DNA of 64,000 nucleotides, from assembly GCA_011109175.1 (NCBI GenBank), contig RDEW01000010.1:665837-729836 (forward strand), written 5' to 3'. How positions within the stretch are numbered: position 1 is the first letter of the stretch; each line of letters starts with the position of its first letter. The notes beneath the pieces were generated by a model that saw only the letters and a program-made list of their open reading frames with translations, searched no databases and was not told where the DNA came from. This stretch comes from Dicyema japonicum. Its lineage: Eukaryota; Animalia; Dicyemida. The position numbers were made by a program, and so were the translations under genes. Shown piece after piece: positions 12,310-25,619 of the stretch.

Positions 12310-14863
12310 TCCTAATGCACGCCTACTATATGGAAACGGTCAATCTCTTGATGGAAAAAAAAGTTCACAATCTCTTTGCTGGAAGGGATCACCTCGAATC
12401 GATGTGAGATTAAGGATCTCTAAGAGCAACTTGTTTCCTAACGATCGACAGCTTCCTCTCAATAATTTTATTTTGGCTATAAACAAAATCCAATTTTCGA
12501 AAAGCTTTATTTGAAAGCTGTTAACGGACGTCACAAACTTGTGATGCCTTAACTAGTAAAAAAGAAATGAGGACTATTCTCAGGAGATTCACCAGACAAA
12601 TCACTGTAAACATAACGCTCTGGATGCACTTTGTCGTAGGAGATTTTGCGTCATCAGAAAAGCTTATTCGTCAAGTTATTATTATGTAATGTGGCTCGCC
12701 GACGACGTGGTGGCATTTGAAAAAAAGAACCACACTTTCCCCTATCTTCACGGGCGGACCAATAAGGAAGGCCTGCGCCGCTGCGGAGACGTTGAGGCAA
12801 ATTCTGGACCAGCCAGAATAGTCCAACTAAACATAAATGGAATCAAGAACAAAATACTCGAACTTCGGACATTTGTGAAAAAAAATCACATTGATCTGTT
12901 GCTAATTCAAAAGTCTAAACTTTTTCCAAAGAATTCAACACCAGTATTTCCGGGATTCACAGTAATTCGCCGTGACAAAATTGGCAAACTTAATGGGGGT
13001 CTTCTCACAGTTATCCGCAACGGCATTCCGTTTGAGGACTTAACTAACAATGCTTACACTATGCTTAAAGGATATGGAAATCTCGAACTTTTGGTTACCA
13101 AAATACGATTTCCAAGACTATCAATAATAATTGTCAACGCATTTCTCCCATTGCTGAGTTCCTGCTCGTCCAGTGCCCAAGACTCACTCCTCTCGCATCA
13201 CTGAAGGATGTGATTATCTGTCGTGACTTCAATGCGAAGCACCCACTGTGGCTGACAGGACAAGCCTACGACAAAAGAGGGAAGATGATAATTGAGGACC
13301 TCCACAGCCTATGTATACTCAACGATCCTGCATCTCATACAAGAACACCTACTCGACGTAACGATAAACCTTCTTCTATCGACATCTCATTGTCATCACC
13401 GTCCTTGGCCCCACTTATTGACTGGTCAGTGAAGTATGACAACAGGAGTGACCACAACCCAATATTTTTGGAGGTCAAAACAAGGTCACGGATAAAAGGA
13501 CTATGCCAAACAATAACTAACTACAGTCTTGCGAATTAAGGACGTCGATAATTGTATTGGACTATTAAATTTCCCCATTTTTCCTTCCGTCGAACAATTA
13601 GTGAAATGGTTCAACTCCATTATAAACGATGCGAAAAAAAAGTACATTCCTATGGGGAGACAACCAACGTCATAAAAACGTTTTAACACAACGACGAAAC
13701 ATCTGATCAGAGAACGAAATAATCTAAAGATTGTAAAATCGCCAACAGAAGAGAACATCAGGAAAAGAATTGAACAGAGAGATCGACAACAACATAAAGA
13801 CAGAAAATGCAAATAGATGGACGATACTGTCGAAATCTCTCTACAAAAACCCCCCAATGGAGAGAGTGTGGAAGTGTATCAAAAACATCAAAAATCCTCC
13901 CCAGAGAGAAAAGTTGAAGTCTACATAAAACCAGACACTCTGATAAAATATTACACATCTATATCCTACAGGAAGTTTTCAAAAGAACACCAAGTATTCC
14001 TGAAAAAGATTGAACCGAAACGCTCCGATGACTGGATCCTATTTACTAGTCAGGATGTTCGCAGAGCCATATCAAGGCCAACAACTCAGAAGCCAAGGAA
14101 CCAGACAACATAACCACATGTGAACTGAAGCACCTAGGGGTTCGACTCATCACAAAAGGGTTCGACTCAGTCCCTAGGAAACTCCTAGCAAAGAAAATAT
14201 ACGAAACCAACATCCATCCGAACCTGAAACTTTGGCTTGGAAACTTCCTAAATGGAAGACGAGCACAACTGTATCGAACCAAAAGTCTTTATGAAGAACG
14301 AAGCTATCTCTATTAACAAAACACCAAAGATTCTGGGAGTAACCTTTGATCGGGGACTCACCTTTATCCGGCATGTTGAAAACAAAGTAACTTCTGCTCT
14401 GAAAAAAATGAGAATTTTAAAAGTGCTCTCAAAAACACTTAGAGACCAAACCGATGTCTTTGCCACGATTTACAAACAATTTATCCGACCAACGATGACG
14501 TATGCAAGTCCTTCATGGGCAATGCAAATGTCACGATCTTCCTCATTGAAACTATCCGCAATCGAGGAGACTGCAATACTGTTAATTAGATCAGAACAAA
14601 AAATCCAACCCATAGAAAACGAACTACAACGGAAACTATTGAAGGAAGCTATTCTACCGATCTGCCCTCTATTCCAAATACAATCGAATTATCTACAATA
14701 ATACAAAAATTTTGAGTCGATACCAAGTCCAATTAGAAGAGCTGTTCAGGATTCTCGACCCCGCCGGACTCGTCCTCACCTTTGTCAGTCTGGGATCACT
14801 TAGTTAGATGAGAACTTTTATTTCTTTTTCTTTGAGCCAGTGATCCTGACGGTAATAATAATA
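12310..14863 (+). mobile_element. Ingi/Vingi-like non-LTR element: 2A-like peptide, APE, internally deleted RT
   Basis: LRRCGDVEANSGP then RIVQLNINGI, GGLLT, DFNAKHPLW, SSIDISL, SDHNPI; KILGVTFD, YKQFIRPTMTYASPSW; ends SGIT* + stem-loop + (AAT)n; 5' boundary approximate. Confidence 0.85.
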
Positions 14864-14879
14864 AGTTGTAAAGTTGCTG

Positions 14880-15750
14880 AATTGCCTAATGAGAGATTTC
14901 AATTGTTCTGATTGATCTTAAAGGTTTAAAATTTATTAGTTATTATTGTAGATTTGAGAATCAAAATGATCATTTTTCGTTGTTGTTGTCAATTATAGAT
15001 GGCTATTCAAAATATGGATTTACAAGGAACCTGGAAAATAAAAGTGGAATCGAGGTGGCCAACAAATTAGAAAAAAATTTTCATGGATTATGGCCCTTGT
15101 AGGTTTCTACATTCCGACAACGGCACAGAGTTCAAGAACGGTCATTGTGTGAGGATTACAGAATTACTCAAATCCATGGAAGACCTAACAATCCCTAGAG
15201 TAAAGGGATTGTTGAAAGATTCAACCAGACGATCTCACAGAGTTTACCGAAAATGATGGTTTCGGATGACAATAAAGAGTGGATAAAGGCTGTATTTTTA
15301 TACAATCAAACGCCTCACTCATCCACAGGTAAATTTGTGCTTTTATTTTTTTATAGATGTTAGTCCGTTTCAGAGATATCGAGGGATTCCGGGCTACAAC
15401 ACAATTGTGAAAAATACTGTAACAGAGCCAGACGGTAAAGACAGCCCCGAAACATATAGTAAAGGTTTTTTGTCTATAATTATACAAAAGGTGATTAAAA
15501 ATTTGATTTTCCTCGGATAGACTTTAATTCTTCTTATTATAAAAGGATGAATAAAAAGATGGGAGTGCATCGATCGAAATATGAATTTAACATTGGAGAT
15601 AGTGCATTCAATTTATAATTACTTAAAAGGTTCGTATTCAGAAGGACTACGGAACTAATCCTTTACTGCGTCTGCAAAAGTTTGAGCATCCCTATGGAAA
15701 TGTTGTCACTATTGTTGCAAATAGTCCAACAATTTTGTCAATATTAAAAA
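14880..15750 (+). mobile_element. Decayed Ginger/KRBA2-like DDE integrase remnant
   Basis: LHSDNGTEFKN, IHGRPNNP*SKGIVERFNQT; 15550-15600 shared with 24800-24860(-). Confidence 0.75.
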
Positions 15751-15899
15751 TAGTGAGGGAATTGTGAAGAAGGTGCATTCCAAACGCCTTAAAAAGATAA
15801 TCTAGACGCATTAAAAGATTCAATAATAAGTTAATGTTTGCTTTGAAATAATTGATTATTTTATTTTTAGACAATGATTGACATTGATTTCAGCTATCA

Positions 15900-16200
15900 A
15901 GGTAACGTCTGTGGCTCGCGACAGTTATGGGCCGATTCAAATATAGTTGCATAATCGAATAATTCTTTACTGCCCTGTGTCTTTTTCAAATCTTTAGTGG
16001 CACAATATCACCCATTTGTCTCAAAAGACACCCAGTGTCTGGGCAGAATCCGAATAGAACCTCTCTTTACTAAATTGGTGGAATTTCTACAATTAACTTG
16101 CTGCTTGGAAAGGACACTTTCTACACCGACTGTATGAACTGGATATGCTCTAACTAGACTCTATTCTCTGTTCGGTATATCCGAGGTTTAAAATAAATTA
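15900..16200 (+). repeat. LINE 3' tail remnant (family F-related) with GGATATGC/GTATATCC stem
   Basis: Weak similarity to 27710-27900(-); stem 16141-16182 followed by GAGGTT-AAAATAAA. Confidence 0.5.
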
Positions 16201-16513
16201 TCTCTTCATCTCTTTACAGTAACTCCATGATTGTTAAATAAATATAAACAACTCAAAATACCACGCTTCACTAATTCATATAAGAGAAAAAGCTGATGTG
16301 ATAGAATTAACTATAATGGCAGTTCTCAGGGCAATCAGCCGTTCCATTCTCACCGCTGGGAAAATGTCAGTCCTATGAACTTTAAATAATTGCTTTTCCA
16401 GTGCAAAAAAAGTCACTAATTAATAATATCAATAAAAACTACTTAAATCATTTAAGGCAACTATAGTACTCAAAAATATTACCCACAACCAATAAAACAG
16501 AGAAATCATAAAA

Positions 16514-17337
16514 CTAATGTAAAGCCTTCTCTACCTCATATACTCTCAACAAACTCATAATAGATGACTCCATAGACTCATTAGACACATCAGGACATAA
16601 TATCTGCAATCACTACAACACTACCTTCCACCAGTCATTCAATTGGGGATCAAACTCTGTCATTCTCCAAGATATCAAAATACAGGCCATAGCGTGTACC
16701 TGTGCCGGGATGTCCACGAAAGAACACGTGCACAAACTGTCCTGAAAGACCGCCCAACAGGTCCTCCCAAACAACGACTCATCCCATGACTTTTTACCGA
16801 CCCAGGACTTTAACGCCAACATAAAATATCCAAGGTACTACAAGTGTCATAAAAAGCAAACCTCCTGAGGTTGACGGAAGATGATCTTAAACCTCATCAT
16901 CCTGAGGATAAGGAGTTCTGTCAGTGATATGGACTGTTTAAGACTTCCAACTTCGTTTTCGAGATTCAATGGCTCGGACTTTAGGTGCAGACAGCTAAAA
17001 TAGTGAGGTATTCGTACTGATAGGCCACATTAATGATGTCCCTTATCCTCATGGGCTCATCCATGGACTTTGTGGCCAAATACAGAGCGGAAACAGCAAT
17101 TAGCTAGGATTATGAAAGACCTTACATAAGGATCATAGGACTTGATGTCGGCGAACTTGAAGAATCGGTGGTAGAGGGCGAGAGAAGTAGATATTGTCGT
17201 GAATCTCAGATTTAGCTTGCGGCCTTTATAAAATAATTTTTTAAAAGAAGATAGTCGTGACCTACGTTTCGAAGAAAATTTGAGACTCTGTAGTGACTTT
17301 TCTCAACTGACGTGACTGATGAAGACACACTCACCAT
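16514..17337 (-). CDS. CCNQ: Cyclin Q (FAM58/cyclin M), 6 exons
   Basis: Spliced translation HYRVSNFL..LYHRFF..YDPYLIAVSALYLATK..RIRDIINV..ELLILRMMRF..CWAVFQDS..DWWK matches the FAM58 pattern; introns 38,22,23,24,21 nt. Confidence 0.9.
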
Positions 17338-17399
17338 AAACAAAATTGATAATGCTTTTATTTAAATGTATTTAAATTATTTTCATTTATTATTAATTT

Positions 17400-17730
17400 A
17401 TTTTTTAATATTTGTACGATTTGGGCGTGACACTTGATATGCATTTTTGTTTATCAATAACGTAACGTCGGCCTTCTGGACTAATACGAGGAAGATCGAG
17501 GAAATGCAAAGGAGGGCTTTCAGAGTTACGAAACGGTGGATTTGTGGAGAACATCGCACCGGACAGACTCCCCTGGACGCTTTCATGCGACTGGAGTTCA
17601 GAATTTATTTGGTAGGCCACCCTTCCGAAGGACGTAGAGTGAGGAGGAGAAGTTCAAACGGTTCTCTTTAGTGCATTACTTGCACCGGGCGCCACAACAA
17701 CAGGTGAACCGCATGACGCCACGCTAAAAT
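17400..17730 (+). mobile_element. LINE 3' fragment: family B-like thumb region joined to a different tail (family C)
   Basis: TNTRKIEEMQRRAFRVTKRW as in family B; 17600-17730 matches 32250-32385(-) instead. Confidence 0.7.
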
Positions 17731-19082
17731 TCAAACTTCAGAAAGCGGCCATTCATTAGTAATGTTTAGAATGGATTATTAAAGACATGTTTGTTAGCTT
17801 CTAGTGGACTGAAAATTTCTTCATTTATGGTTTGTACTTTTTTGATAGAGCCTCTTTCTTCAATTGGAAGTGGAATTTTCATTTTATTCATGAAGTGCAA
17901 ACCTAAAAGTAGGCAAAATGCTAAACCTGAACTTAAAATGTTGAATTTTTAGTGTCGGTAATATTATTTGCTGATATCTGTAATTGGGTGATATTTGCAA
18001 ACAATCCGACTCTTTCTACCAATTGTTGACTCAGTATATCGGTTCCTTGAAATTATGTCGATTTCTAGCGAATTCTGTAGGGAAAGTTGAGCCAAAGAGG
18101 TGTTTAATGGAGTTTATGCGAAGTAATGTTGGTTAATTCTGGGTTACTAAACAAAGAAAATCGCTTGGGTAAATAATATCGAAAATGACCAATGAGCGTC
18201 TGAAATGGAATGGCTGTTCCAAAAGAATTTTCCAGGCAGTTGCCAGGGGAAACAGACACTCAATTCTTTCAGCTGAATTAATTTGATTGTTTTGTTCTTT
18301 GGAGCAAATTATACTAAAGTAGTACTAATCGACCGATTGCTCAACTAAGTAATAGTATCGAGTCCCATAATTCATGAAATTAATGTTTATTCTACATCAC
18401 ACCAGAGTATGATTGCATCCACAACATCTCGAATCCTCAGAGGAGCAACATCTGGCCTCCGTGAATAATCTGAGTACGATGTCATCATCATAAAAAGCCA
18501 TTTCAGTCCTCACATCGACTGGGAAAAGAAACAAAGACAAAAATATATTAAAAAGGGTAGAACTAAGAACCGACCACCATCGAATCCTATTGTTAGAACT
18601 ACACAAACTAGATCAACAATCTTTATATCGTACATAGTTCATATGGCCTTCAGAAGCTAGAGATCCAGCTCCTTATTTCTTAAGAGATTCACGTTTCAAT
18701 CTGGGCGCATCGGAAGTCATCATCCCATATCTACCCGAACGCTCTTTTCGGAAACACCACGGTGCACTGTTTAATTTTTGTTTGACGGTGGATCTGAAAG
18801 TAAACCTCCAACGAAAGTCACAGCAAAGTCAACCCTCACGGAACCGCATATAAATGTCAGAAAGAGTGTTTTTTTATTATGTACTCCTTGCTAGCCTTTG
18901 GTGTATCACTCTTTCTAAGCAACAAACTAATTAGGTTATAGATACCAAGGTCTTCCCGGGGTTTTCCTGATTTAAAAAAACTAATCCCGGTTTCTTCCAA
19001 CGCCTGGAGACTTAGCCCAACCTGAGGGGACCGTTAAACATCCTTACACTAAACTTTGAGGTGACTTTTGTAAAAAGTCATC

Positions 19083-19890
19083 ATTATTATCCAAAGATCA
19101 CTAGGTCAAAGAGAAAGAAGTAAAAGTTTTCAACTAACTACGTGATCCCAGACCGACAAGAGAAAGGACGAGTCCGACGGGGTCGAGAATCCTGTACAGT
19201 TCTTCTCATCGGACAAACTTTCTGTATGATTGTAGATATTTTTATAGTATATGGAAGAGGGCAGCTCGGAAGACTAGTCGCCTTTAAGAGTTTCAGTTGT
19301 AATTCTATTAAGAGATTTTCAACGAGTTGGATTTTGTGTTCTGGCTCAATTAATTTTATTGCAACCTCTTGGAATGCAAATTGTTTCATGGACGAGGAGC
19401 GTGAAATCTGATTGCCCACGATGGACTTTCATAGGTCATATTGGGTCAGATAAATTGTTCATAAACTGTAGCAAGGCTCCCAGTTTTGTCCTTAAGTGTT
19501 TTTGAGAGCACTTTTAGGATTCTCACTTTTATCAAAGCAGAAGTTACTTTGTTCCTGATCAAAGGTGAATCCTCGGTTTTTTGTTAATAGGAATATAGGC
19601 TCGTTCTTCATTAGGATTTTTTGTTCGACAGAGGTGTCTATTGTACGTGGTAAGGATTTTGTTGTTGATGTGTTGAGCCTCCGCTCAGTTCCAGCTTGTC
19701 AAGCATTTGTTGGGCGGACTGAGTTGCTGATTGAATGCTTCTGTTCTTGGAGGCAAGAATGATATCGTCGGCGTATGAGAGGATTAGAAAGTTCTCATTA
19801 CAGGTTTGTGGTATCTCGTTTATGTAGAGGTTGAAGAGTTGGAGTGACAGTGGGGAGCCTTGAGGGACTCCATTTGGAAGGTAGATTACA
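19083..19890 (-). mobile_element. Ingi/Vingi-like 3' fragment, same family as 12310-14863
   Basis: PNGVPQGSPLSL, SYADDI, VRILKVLSKTLRTK; ends RSGIT* + stem-loop. Confidence 0.85.
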
Positions 19891-19909
19891 GTCTTTTTCC
19901 AAGTATTAT

Positions 19910-21280
19910 TTTTTTTAAATCAGACCTGCTATGGCTGGGGTAGTCTCGCAATGAAAGTTTGTTTGTATGTACTCCTCGACGATGTCCCTAAAATAAGCAT
20001 CCACCATCGTCAAGCCTAATTCTCTGCAAGCTTTCCCTTTGAGAAAAGAGAGTCTTCTGACTGCCTCCAGGTTGTCCCAGTTGCCACTGCTCAACTGATT
20101 GTAGCAATCTGGGACCTGGGTTCAAACATGTTCGTGAAACTGGAGGAGAAGCAGTCCATGTTCGCTTTCAATGTTCCTAAGCACTCGATAACAAGTCCTC
20201 TCTGCCAAAGTCGTTTCGGTGGTTGGGATCGGTGGAGGTTGCTACTGACATTCCAAGTCCTAGGCAACCTCAATCAGAAAGATTGCCATTTTATTGGTCT
20301 TGAAACAACCAAAAGTTTTATGTTTAGAATTAAAATTTAGAATAATACAATCGGAATGCATATCACAGACTGCTTTAATGTGATCCCAGTGAAACTTCCG
20401 TGATTGAGAGTGTATCCTCTAACGATTTGCATGGAAATCCGCTCAATCAGCCATCCCTTTTCTCTGCTGGCCCTCGCAGAATCAAAGATGCTTAGCATAC
20501 ATTGCCTCAATTATAAATGAATAACTAGGTAATTTTTCACGAAAGAAATTATGGAAGCAGGGCGAGGTACTTTGGATGACTATTTCAAGACTCGTCCTCC
20601 AATAAATACTGGTGCCCAAACCTCGATGTGAATCACTCTAAAAGAGATGGTAGTTAATATACCAGTTTAAGTCTCAGCAGCCGTATCCCTTAGCTTTGTC
20701 TCTTTTAGGAATAAAACGTTCACCTTAACGGAAGCCTTTCGAGGGTTTCCCTCTTCATCTGGTAAATCTAGCGTTCGCCGAAATGACGTTGAGCAGCAAT
20801 TCGATCCAATCTTCTTATAACATCTCCAAGGGCATTATGGAAAAGTGGAACCACTACTGCTACTCTACCGTATGATGGATAGCGCTTTCATCACTATCAA
20901 CCCCAGGGGAGGTCACACGCTGTCTCCCATATAGTACATTCTCGAAACCTTTTGATAGATCAGGCACTTGGCATAGCTTGCCTCGTGTCCCTCATTGCCA
21001 CAGTTGACGCATTGAGAGACCTTTCCTTTGACTGACTTTCCTTGAACGGGGTAGACCGGACAAGAGGTGATTCGTCTTCTGGTTTTCACGTAGGTCACCT
21101 GCTCGCAGAGAAAACTGCCTACATTTGTAGCGAACAGACCCAACTTATTTCTCTTACCAAGCAACTCCAAATAGTTCGCTTGGTAGTAGCTACGTGACGT
21201 GCGCCAAGTTACCGTTCCCAGATTTCTGTTGTTCACCTTTGTTACTTCTTCCTCGTGATTCAGAGAATTAATAGACTATT
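19910..21280 (-). mobile_element. Fragmented LINE remnants: gag-like CCHC knuckle, APE start and thumb region
   Basis: CVNCGNEGHEASYAKC (20913-21236), VNVLFLKETKL near 20710, QLSSGNWDNLEAV near 20080; may be more than one element. Confidence 0.6.
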
Positions 21281-21284
21281 TTTT

Positions 21285-21610
21285 TTAATAAAATAATTTA
21301 AAAAAAAAACCAATGTCAATTGAGGAAGCCGAATGCGTGGATTGCGAACGAGTTTCCTCGGAGTATGGCATTCCAATCTTTTGTCTCATCCATAACCCTT
21401 CTCGTTGATCCCTTTTCTTTCTGGCAAGCATTCCTCCGAGTTTTCGCAAGAACTCAGCCGTCATTGGACCAACGGCTCCCGATGATTCGGTCGCAACAGG
21501 AATAAATCGGTAGCGGTCTCCGAGGCAAGAATATTTATTGATTTTTAGATTCTCCGCAGTCAAAGCAGCTGCTCCAGGTGTCTGAACCGATTTGAAATTA
21601 GACTAATTAT
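21285..21610 (-). mobile_element. CRE-like element 3' remnant (RLE end)
   Basis: KINKY..YRFIPVATESSG..FLRKLG..WMRQKIG. Confidence 0.85.
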
Positions 21611-21619
21611 CACTACATT

Positions 21620-21835
21620 TATCCAGATGTACTCCTGGAAAGTTCCAGTCTCCAATCCCTAATGCGCAAGAACTGAGGAACCTGCCGTCGTGACTACGAA
21701 GATCAGTTATTCGGTCGATGCGGCTTGTGTGGCGTCGAGGGAGAAGGATCGGGCCAGGTTGAGGTCTCTGCGGGATCGTGTCGGAATCACGTGATTAGTT
21801 AGTTTTTATGTTACCGTGGTCTTTGGTATTATTAT
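21620..21835 (+). repeat. Family B LINE tail
   Basis: Matches 25820-25980; ends GIT* + stem-loop. Confidence 0.75.
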
Positions 21836-21889
21836 AAGTTTAATAAACATCTCACAATAAAATCAACCAAAAAAGTTATAATAGCATAA

Positions 21890-22733
21890 TTAGTACCAAT
21901 ACGTCTTTTTTCTGATAGTAGTGTTTTTGGGAACTCCAAGTGAGGCCATAATGTCATCAGAGACAAAGTTAAGAGTTGGCTTAAAAGTTATCTCTGAGAC
22001 CAATTGGGGATTACTGTCCTTTGGGGCATCTGCGTGTTATACGACACACAACCAGTTAACTCTTCGGGGACAAAATATCCGTGAGTGGGATCAAGAATGT
22101 CAAATGCACTCTTCGGAATTGGAATTTCTATTCCACTCTTTTCAGAAATTCTGACGTAATTTCCGTTTTCTAAAAACCGCCAAGTAACGGAAGTCGATTT
22201 TCTGTTAATTGAAAAATCTCTTACTTGACAACCGGATCTACCAGTTTTACTTCATCGACTACACAGAGTGGCATCTCCTTAGATGAATATTGAGTTATTC
22301 CTCTGTAACCTCCAATAAATTCATATTTCTTAAATAATAAAGTAAATCAACCATATTTAGTCCTTTAACATAGCACCAGTTCCTCTCAGGAAAAATAGAG
22401 ACGACAATTCCGTGTTTTCCCTTATCTTTCCCAACCATAACTTCAACCTAAAGTGAACAGTCACAGTACAGTGTCCCCTCTGAAGATATCCCATTTTATG
22501 GACTCAACTAAATCAAATTTATATTTTTTATTCTTATTATTGTCCATGAATTTACTAGTCCAAGGTCGGGAATCATCAAAATAAAAGAATCTTTTTCCTT
22601 GATTGATGAGACCACGAATCGGTCGTTTAAACCTCTTTCTGAATGGTTCATAAGCCATTCTGTAAATAAAGTGCTGCATCCATCTCATTCCATCTGTTGG
22701 TACGGGATTTGAACGAAGGTATTTACTCCCCAT
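21890..22733 (-). CDS. MRPL24: Mitochondrial ribosomal protein L24 (uL24m), 5 exons
   Basis: WDIFRGDTVEVMVGKDKGKHG, ERNWCYVKGLN, VKLVDP, WRFLENGNYVRIS..SGIEIPIP, C-terminal KTYWY*; introns 22,23,23,23 nt. Confidence 0.94.
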
Positions 22734-23044
22734 ATGATTTACTACTAATTTTAATTTTGAATGTTTATAATATATTTTATTATGTTAAATATTATTTTTA
22801 TTTTGTACACGTCCTTCTTAAACATGTAGCCTTTGATAGAGATTCCGTAAAGAGCTCACCTTTATCCGGCATGTTGAAAACAAAGTAACAGAGTTTTGGC
22901 TCCCCTCATCTGACCAGCTTGAAATCAAATCCTTTCCGTGGCAGGACCACCAATGACTCTAAGGGACGTGTGGTAGCGCCTAACACTCTCAGTTAAACGT
23001 TTGATGGCAGTCGGACATGTTAATGAGGTAGTGAAGAAAAAAAA

Positions 23045-23364
23045 GTAAGCACTCCCGCGTTGCCATAAGCACGTAAAATGCCTAGGGTTTCGCTCGTGCA
23101 GAACACACACTTTATTTAAGTAAAGAACAGTTACTATAACTAATCGTAGAAGGAGAACCAAGGAATGCTCTTCACTTCTTTGTTTTCTTTTTCTTGGGTG
23201 TGTGTCCTTTTAGACTATCCAGTTCCGCAGTGAATCTCCACTGATGACGGCGTCACTCGTCAAGCCTTTTTAGCACCGTAGATGCTTGGAACCTTACCAG
23301 CAGCGAGAATCAAACCCGTGACCTAAGCCACTTTTCCCGACACCTAACCACTATGCCATCTGGC
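23045..23364 (-). mobile_element. tRNA-derived SINE with RTE-like 3' end (copy 1)
   Basis: A-box TGGCATAGTGG, B-box GGTTTGATTCT; body shared with 32565-32920 and 43921-44245; 3' ATGGCAACGCGGGAGTGCTTA. Confidence 0.8.
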
Positions 23365-23869
23365 TTAATGAAGTAGTGATGTGGTTTATTTTCTCAAAAT
23401 ATTTTTAATAAAGTCTTTAAACCAGTTAACTGAGTTGATAATAGCGCAATAAACGTCTACTTTTCTTCATGACTGATATAAACTATTGTTTTTTATGTGA
23501 GCATGGACGAGTTGATTGATTTTTGGAACATCAAAAACCCGAATTTCTGAACAAAAGAAGTGTTAACTGTAAGTATGATCCGTCTTTGAATTCAGCCCAG
23601 TCAGAAATTGAAAGAACTTGGGGGATCCTCCATCAGAAATTAACTTCGAGTTCAGAGCCTTTTGCAATAGGATGATTAGTTATTCTCATGACTTCAGCGC
23701 ATGCCTGTGTTCGACTATCACGCTCTCCAAAGTTTTTTTAATCATTGTAGACTGAACGTATGCCCTTGTCAACCATGTTGCTAATAATATTACTTTTTAC
23801 ATTGTAATTTTAAAAATAATTGTTTTAAAGGCAGATAATCAAATAAAAAAATATAAGTGTAAAAAGTAA

Positions 23870-24090
23870 TTATTTTATTCCTTCCACTTTATTGATGGTG
23901 TTTCCTCTCTGGACTGCTATGGAAACTAACTGGATGAGCCATTGCGTTTTCAGTCATCATGGTTTCTGAATCCGAGTTTCTTGTGGAAGACCAGGGACTT
24001 ACTGATCAGGTTATGTCGGAAGGTATATCGGTTGAGAAGTCCTCAAATGCAGATTGAGTCTAGTTGGCTAGCTATCTTATCCAGTTTAAG
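23870..24090 (-). mobile_element. CRE-like 3' remnant
   Basis: WLIQLVSIAVQRGN. Confidence 0.65.
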
Positions 24091-24159
24091 ATCATACACA
24101 AAAAAATATTTTAATAAACAAACTATGTCCCGAGCGCTGAGAGTGATCCATTTATTTTA

Positions 24160-24310
24160 TTTATTGTAATAACTCCGGGAACACTGAGAAAGAAAGACAA
24201 AAGAGTCAAACAGTTAGGTGATCCCAGTCCCCGCAATCAATTGTGCCATACGACGTCTGTGATCTTCCATTGTCCCCACTACTTTCCGGAAGAACTTCGA
24301 GTGTTCCATC
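24160..24310 (-). repeat. LINE tail ending MEDHRRRMAQLIAGTGIT* with stem-loop
   Basis: CTGGGATCAC/GTGTTCCCGG stem and AAT-rich tail. Confidence 0.7.
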
Positions 24311-24439
24311 AATGTCAAAAATAATCTATTAAATCAAAGTTAACTGAGACCAATTATTGACAATTAGCAAAAATAATAATTGACTATTATTTTAAGTCGG
24401 TTTAAATTTTTTAGTCGTTGTGATGAACTTTTTTAATAG

Positions 24440-24760
24440 ACTCAGCACTATCTTCGAACAAAATTGTTAGATTAATTCTTGCAACATACTCCAGAGTGCC
24501 TCTGGAGCCTGTTCTGCCGCTGAGAGGCCGAAAAGTTGAAAAGGGAATAGTACGCGACCCATTTTGTTCCACTCGCCGCTGAGACGTCTGGTTCCCTTGC
24601 GCTTGCGACGCTGGAATTCTTGAGTCGTCTAGGAATCGGATTCCTACACGAGCGCTGCTGTTATTTGAGCGAATCTCGCTCTCCATCCTTAGAGGGAATA
24701 GCCACGCAGTCAAGGCAGCCGCTATATGACCATTTACTCTCTTTTGTTTCCTAAATAAAA
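24440..24760 (+). mobile_element. CRE-like 3' remnant
   Basis: HFVPLAAETSGSL..FLSRLG, RISLSILRGNSHAV. Confidence 0.8.
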
Positions 24761-24769
24761 AAGTTTTCA

Positions 24770-25420
24770 TTTCTCGACAATAGTGACTGGATCCCCAAAT
24801 GAAAATATCTCCACATCTAATTCATATTTTGATCGATGCACTCCCATCTTCCTATTCATTATTTTATAATATGAAGACTCCAAATTCACCCTTTCAAAAT
24901 TAAACTGGAGCTCATCATCTTTACTATTAAATAACGATTAAAAACTTTCGTGAACATCTGATTTCACAACAGTGTCGAATACAGGAATAACACGATATCT
25001 TTGGAATGGACTAACATCTACAAAATAAAAAAATCCAATTTACGTCATATTGTTTCAGTGGCACTGCAGACTGGCATATGTCTCTTACCACCTAAAGAAT
25101 AACGTCTTTTTTAATAATGCAGAATCTTTTCCACACAATTCTCCAAAGCATTATGTCCACAATGCTTTGTGTCATGGATCTCTTCGGCAATTATCCGCAT
25201 CTCCTGTGTGTCGGTTGAGGCGATAATAGCTTGTGACTAGATTTTGAATCTTCACGATAGAGCTTTCAGTCCAAGCAGCTGATACATCCAGGTCTTGTCT
25301 TTCGAGGATGAATTTTACCATGTTGCACACTTCAGTATTTTTTACGAAGTTTTTGTTGACAGGACAACATGGTTAGTGTGGTAACTTTATTGATTTCATT
25401 GTCAAAAATTATGGTATGCC
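24770..25420 (-). mobile_element. Ginger/KRBA2-like integrase remnant
   Basis: EIHDTKHCG zinc-binding remnant; shares GATGGGAGTGCATCGATC with 15558-15575. Confidence 0.6.
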
Positions 25421-25619
25421 AACAAAAATTGGTGAAATCTTTTATAAAATACTTCTACTCATAATAATTATTATTACCCAAGATTAACCTCTATTAGTAA
25501 AAATAATGATTTCATATAAAAATGCAAAAAAATATTCATAAACTTAAGTATTGCGACAAACTATTTCGTCATTTTATCCAAAAACTTATTTTCTTAATTA
25601 AAATGGCGAAAAAAATCAT

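Noticed and set aside
23290-23364. tRNA gene
   Set aside because: A/B boxes are present but no complete cloverleaf was found, and it continues into a multi-copy body; interpreted as a SINE head.
24411-24770. 119-aa minus-strand ORF
   Set aside because: Antisense shadow of a plus-strand CRE endonuclease remnant.
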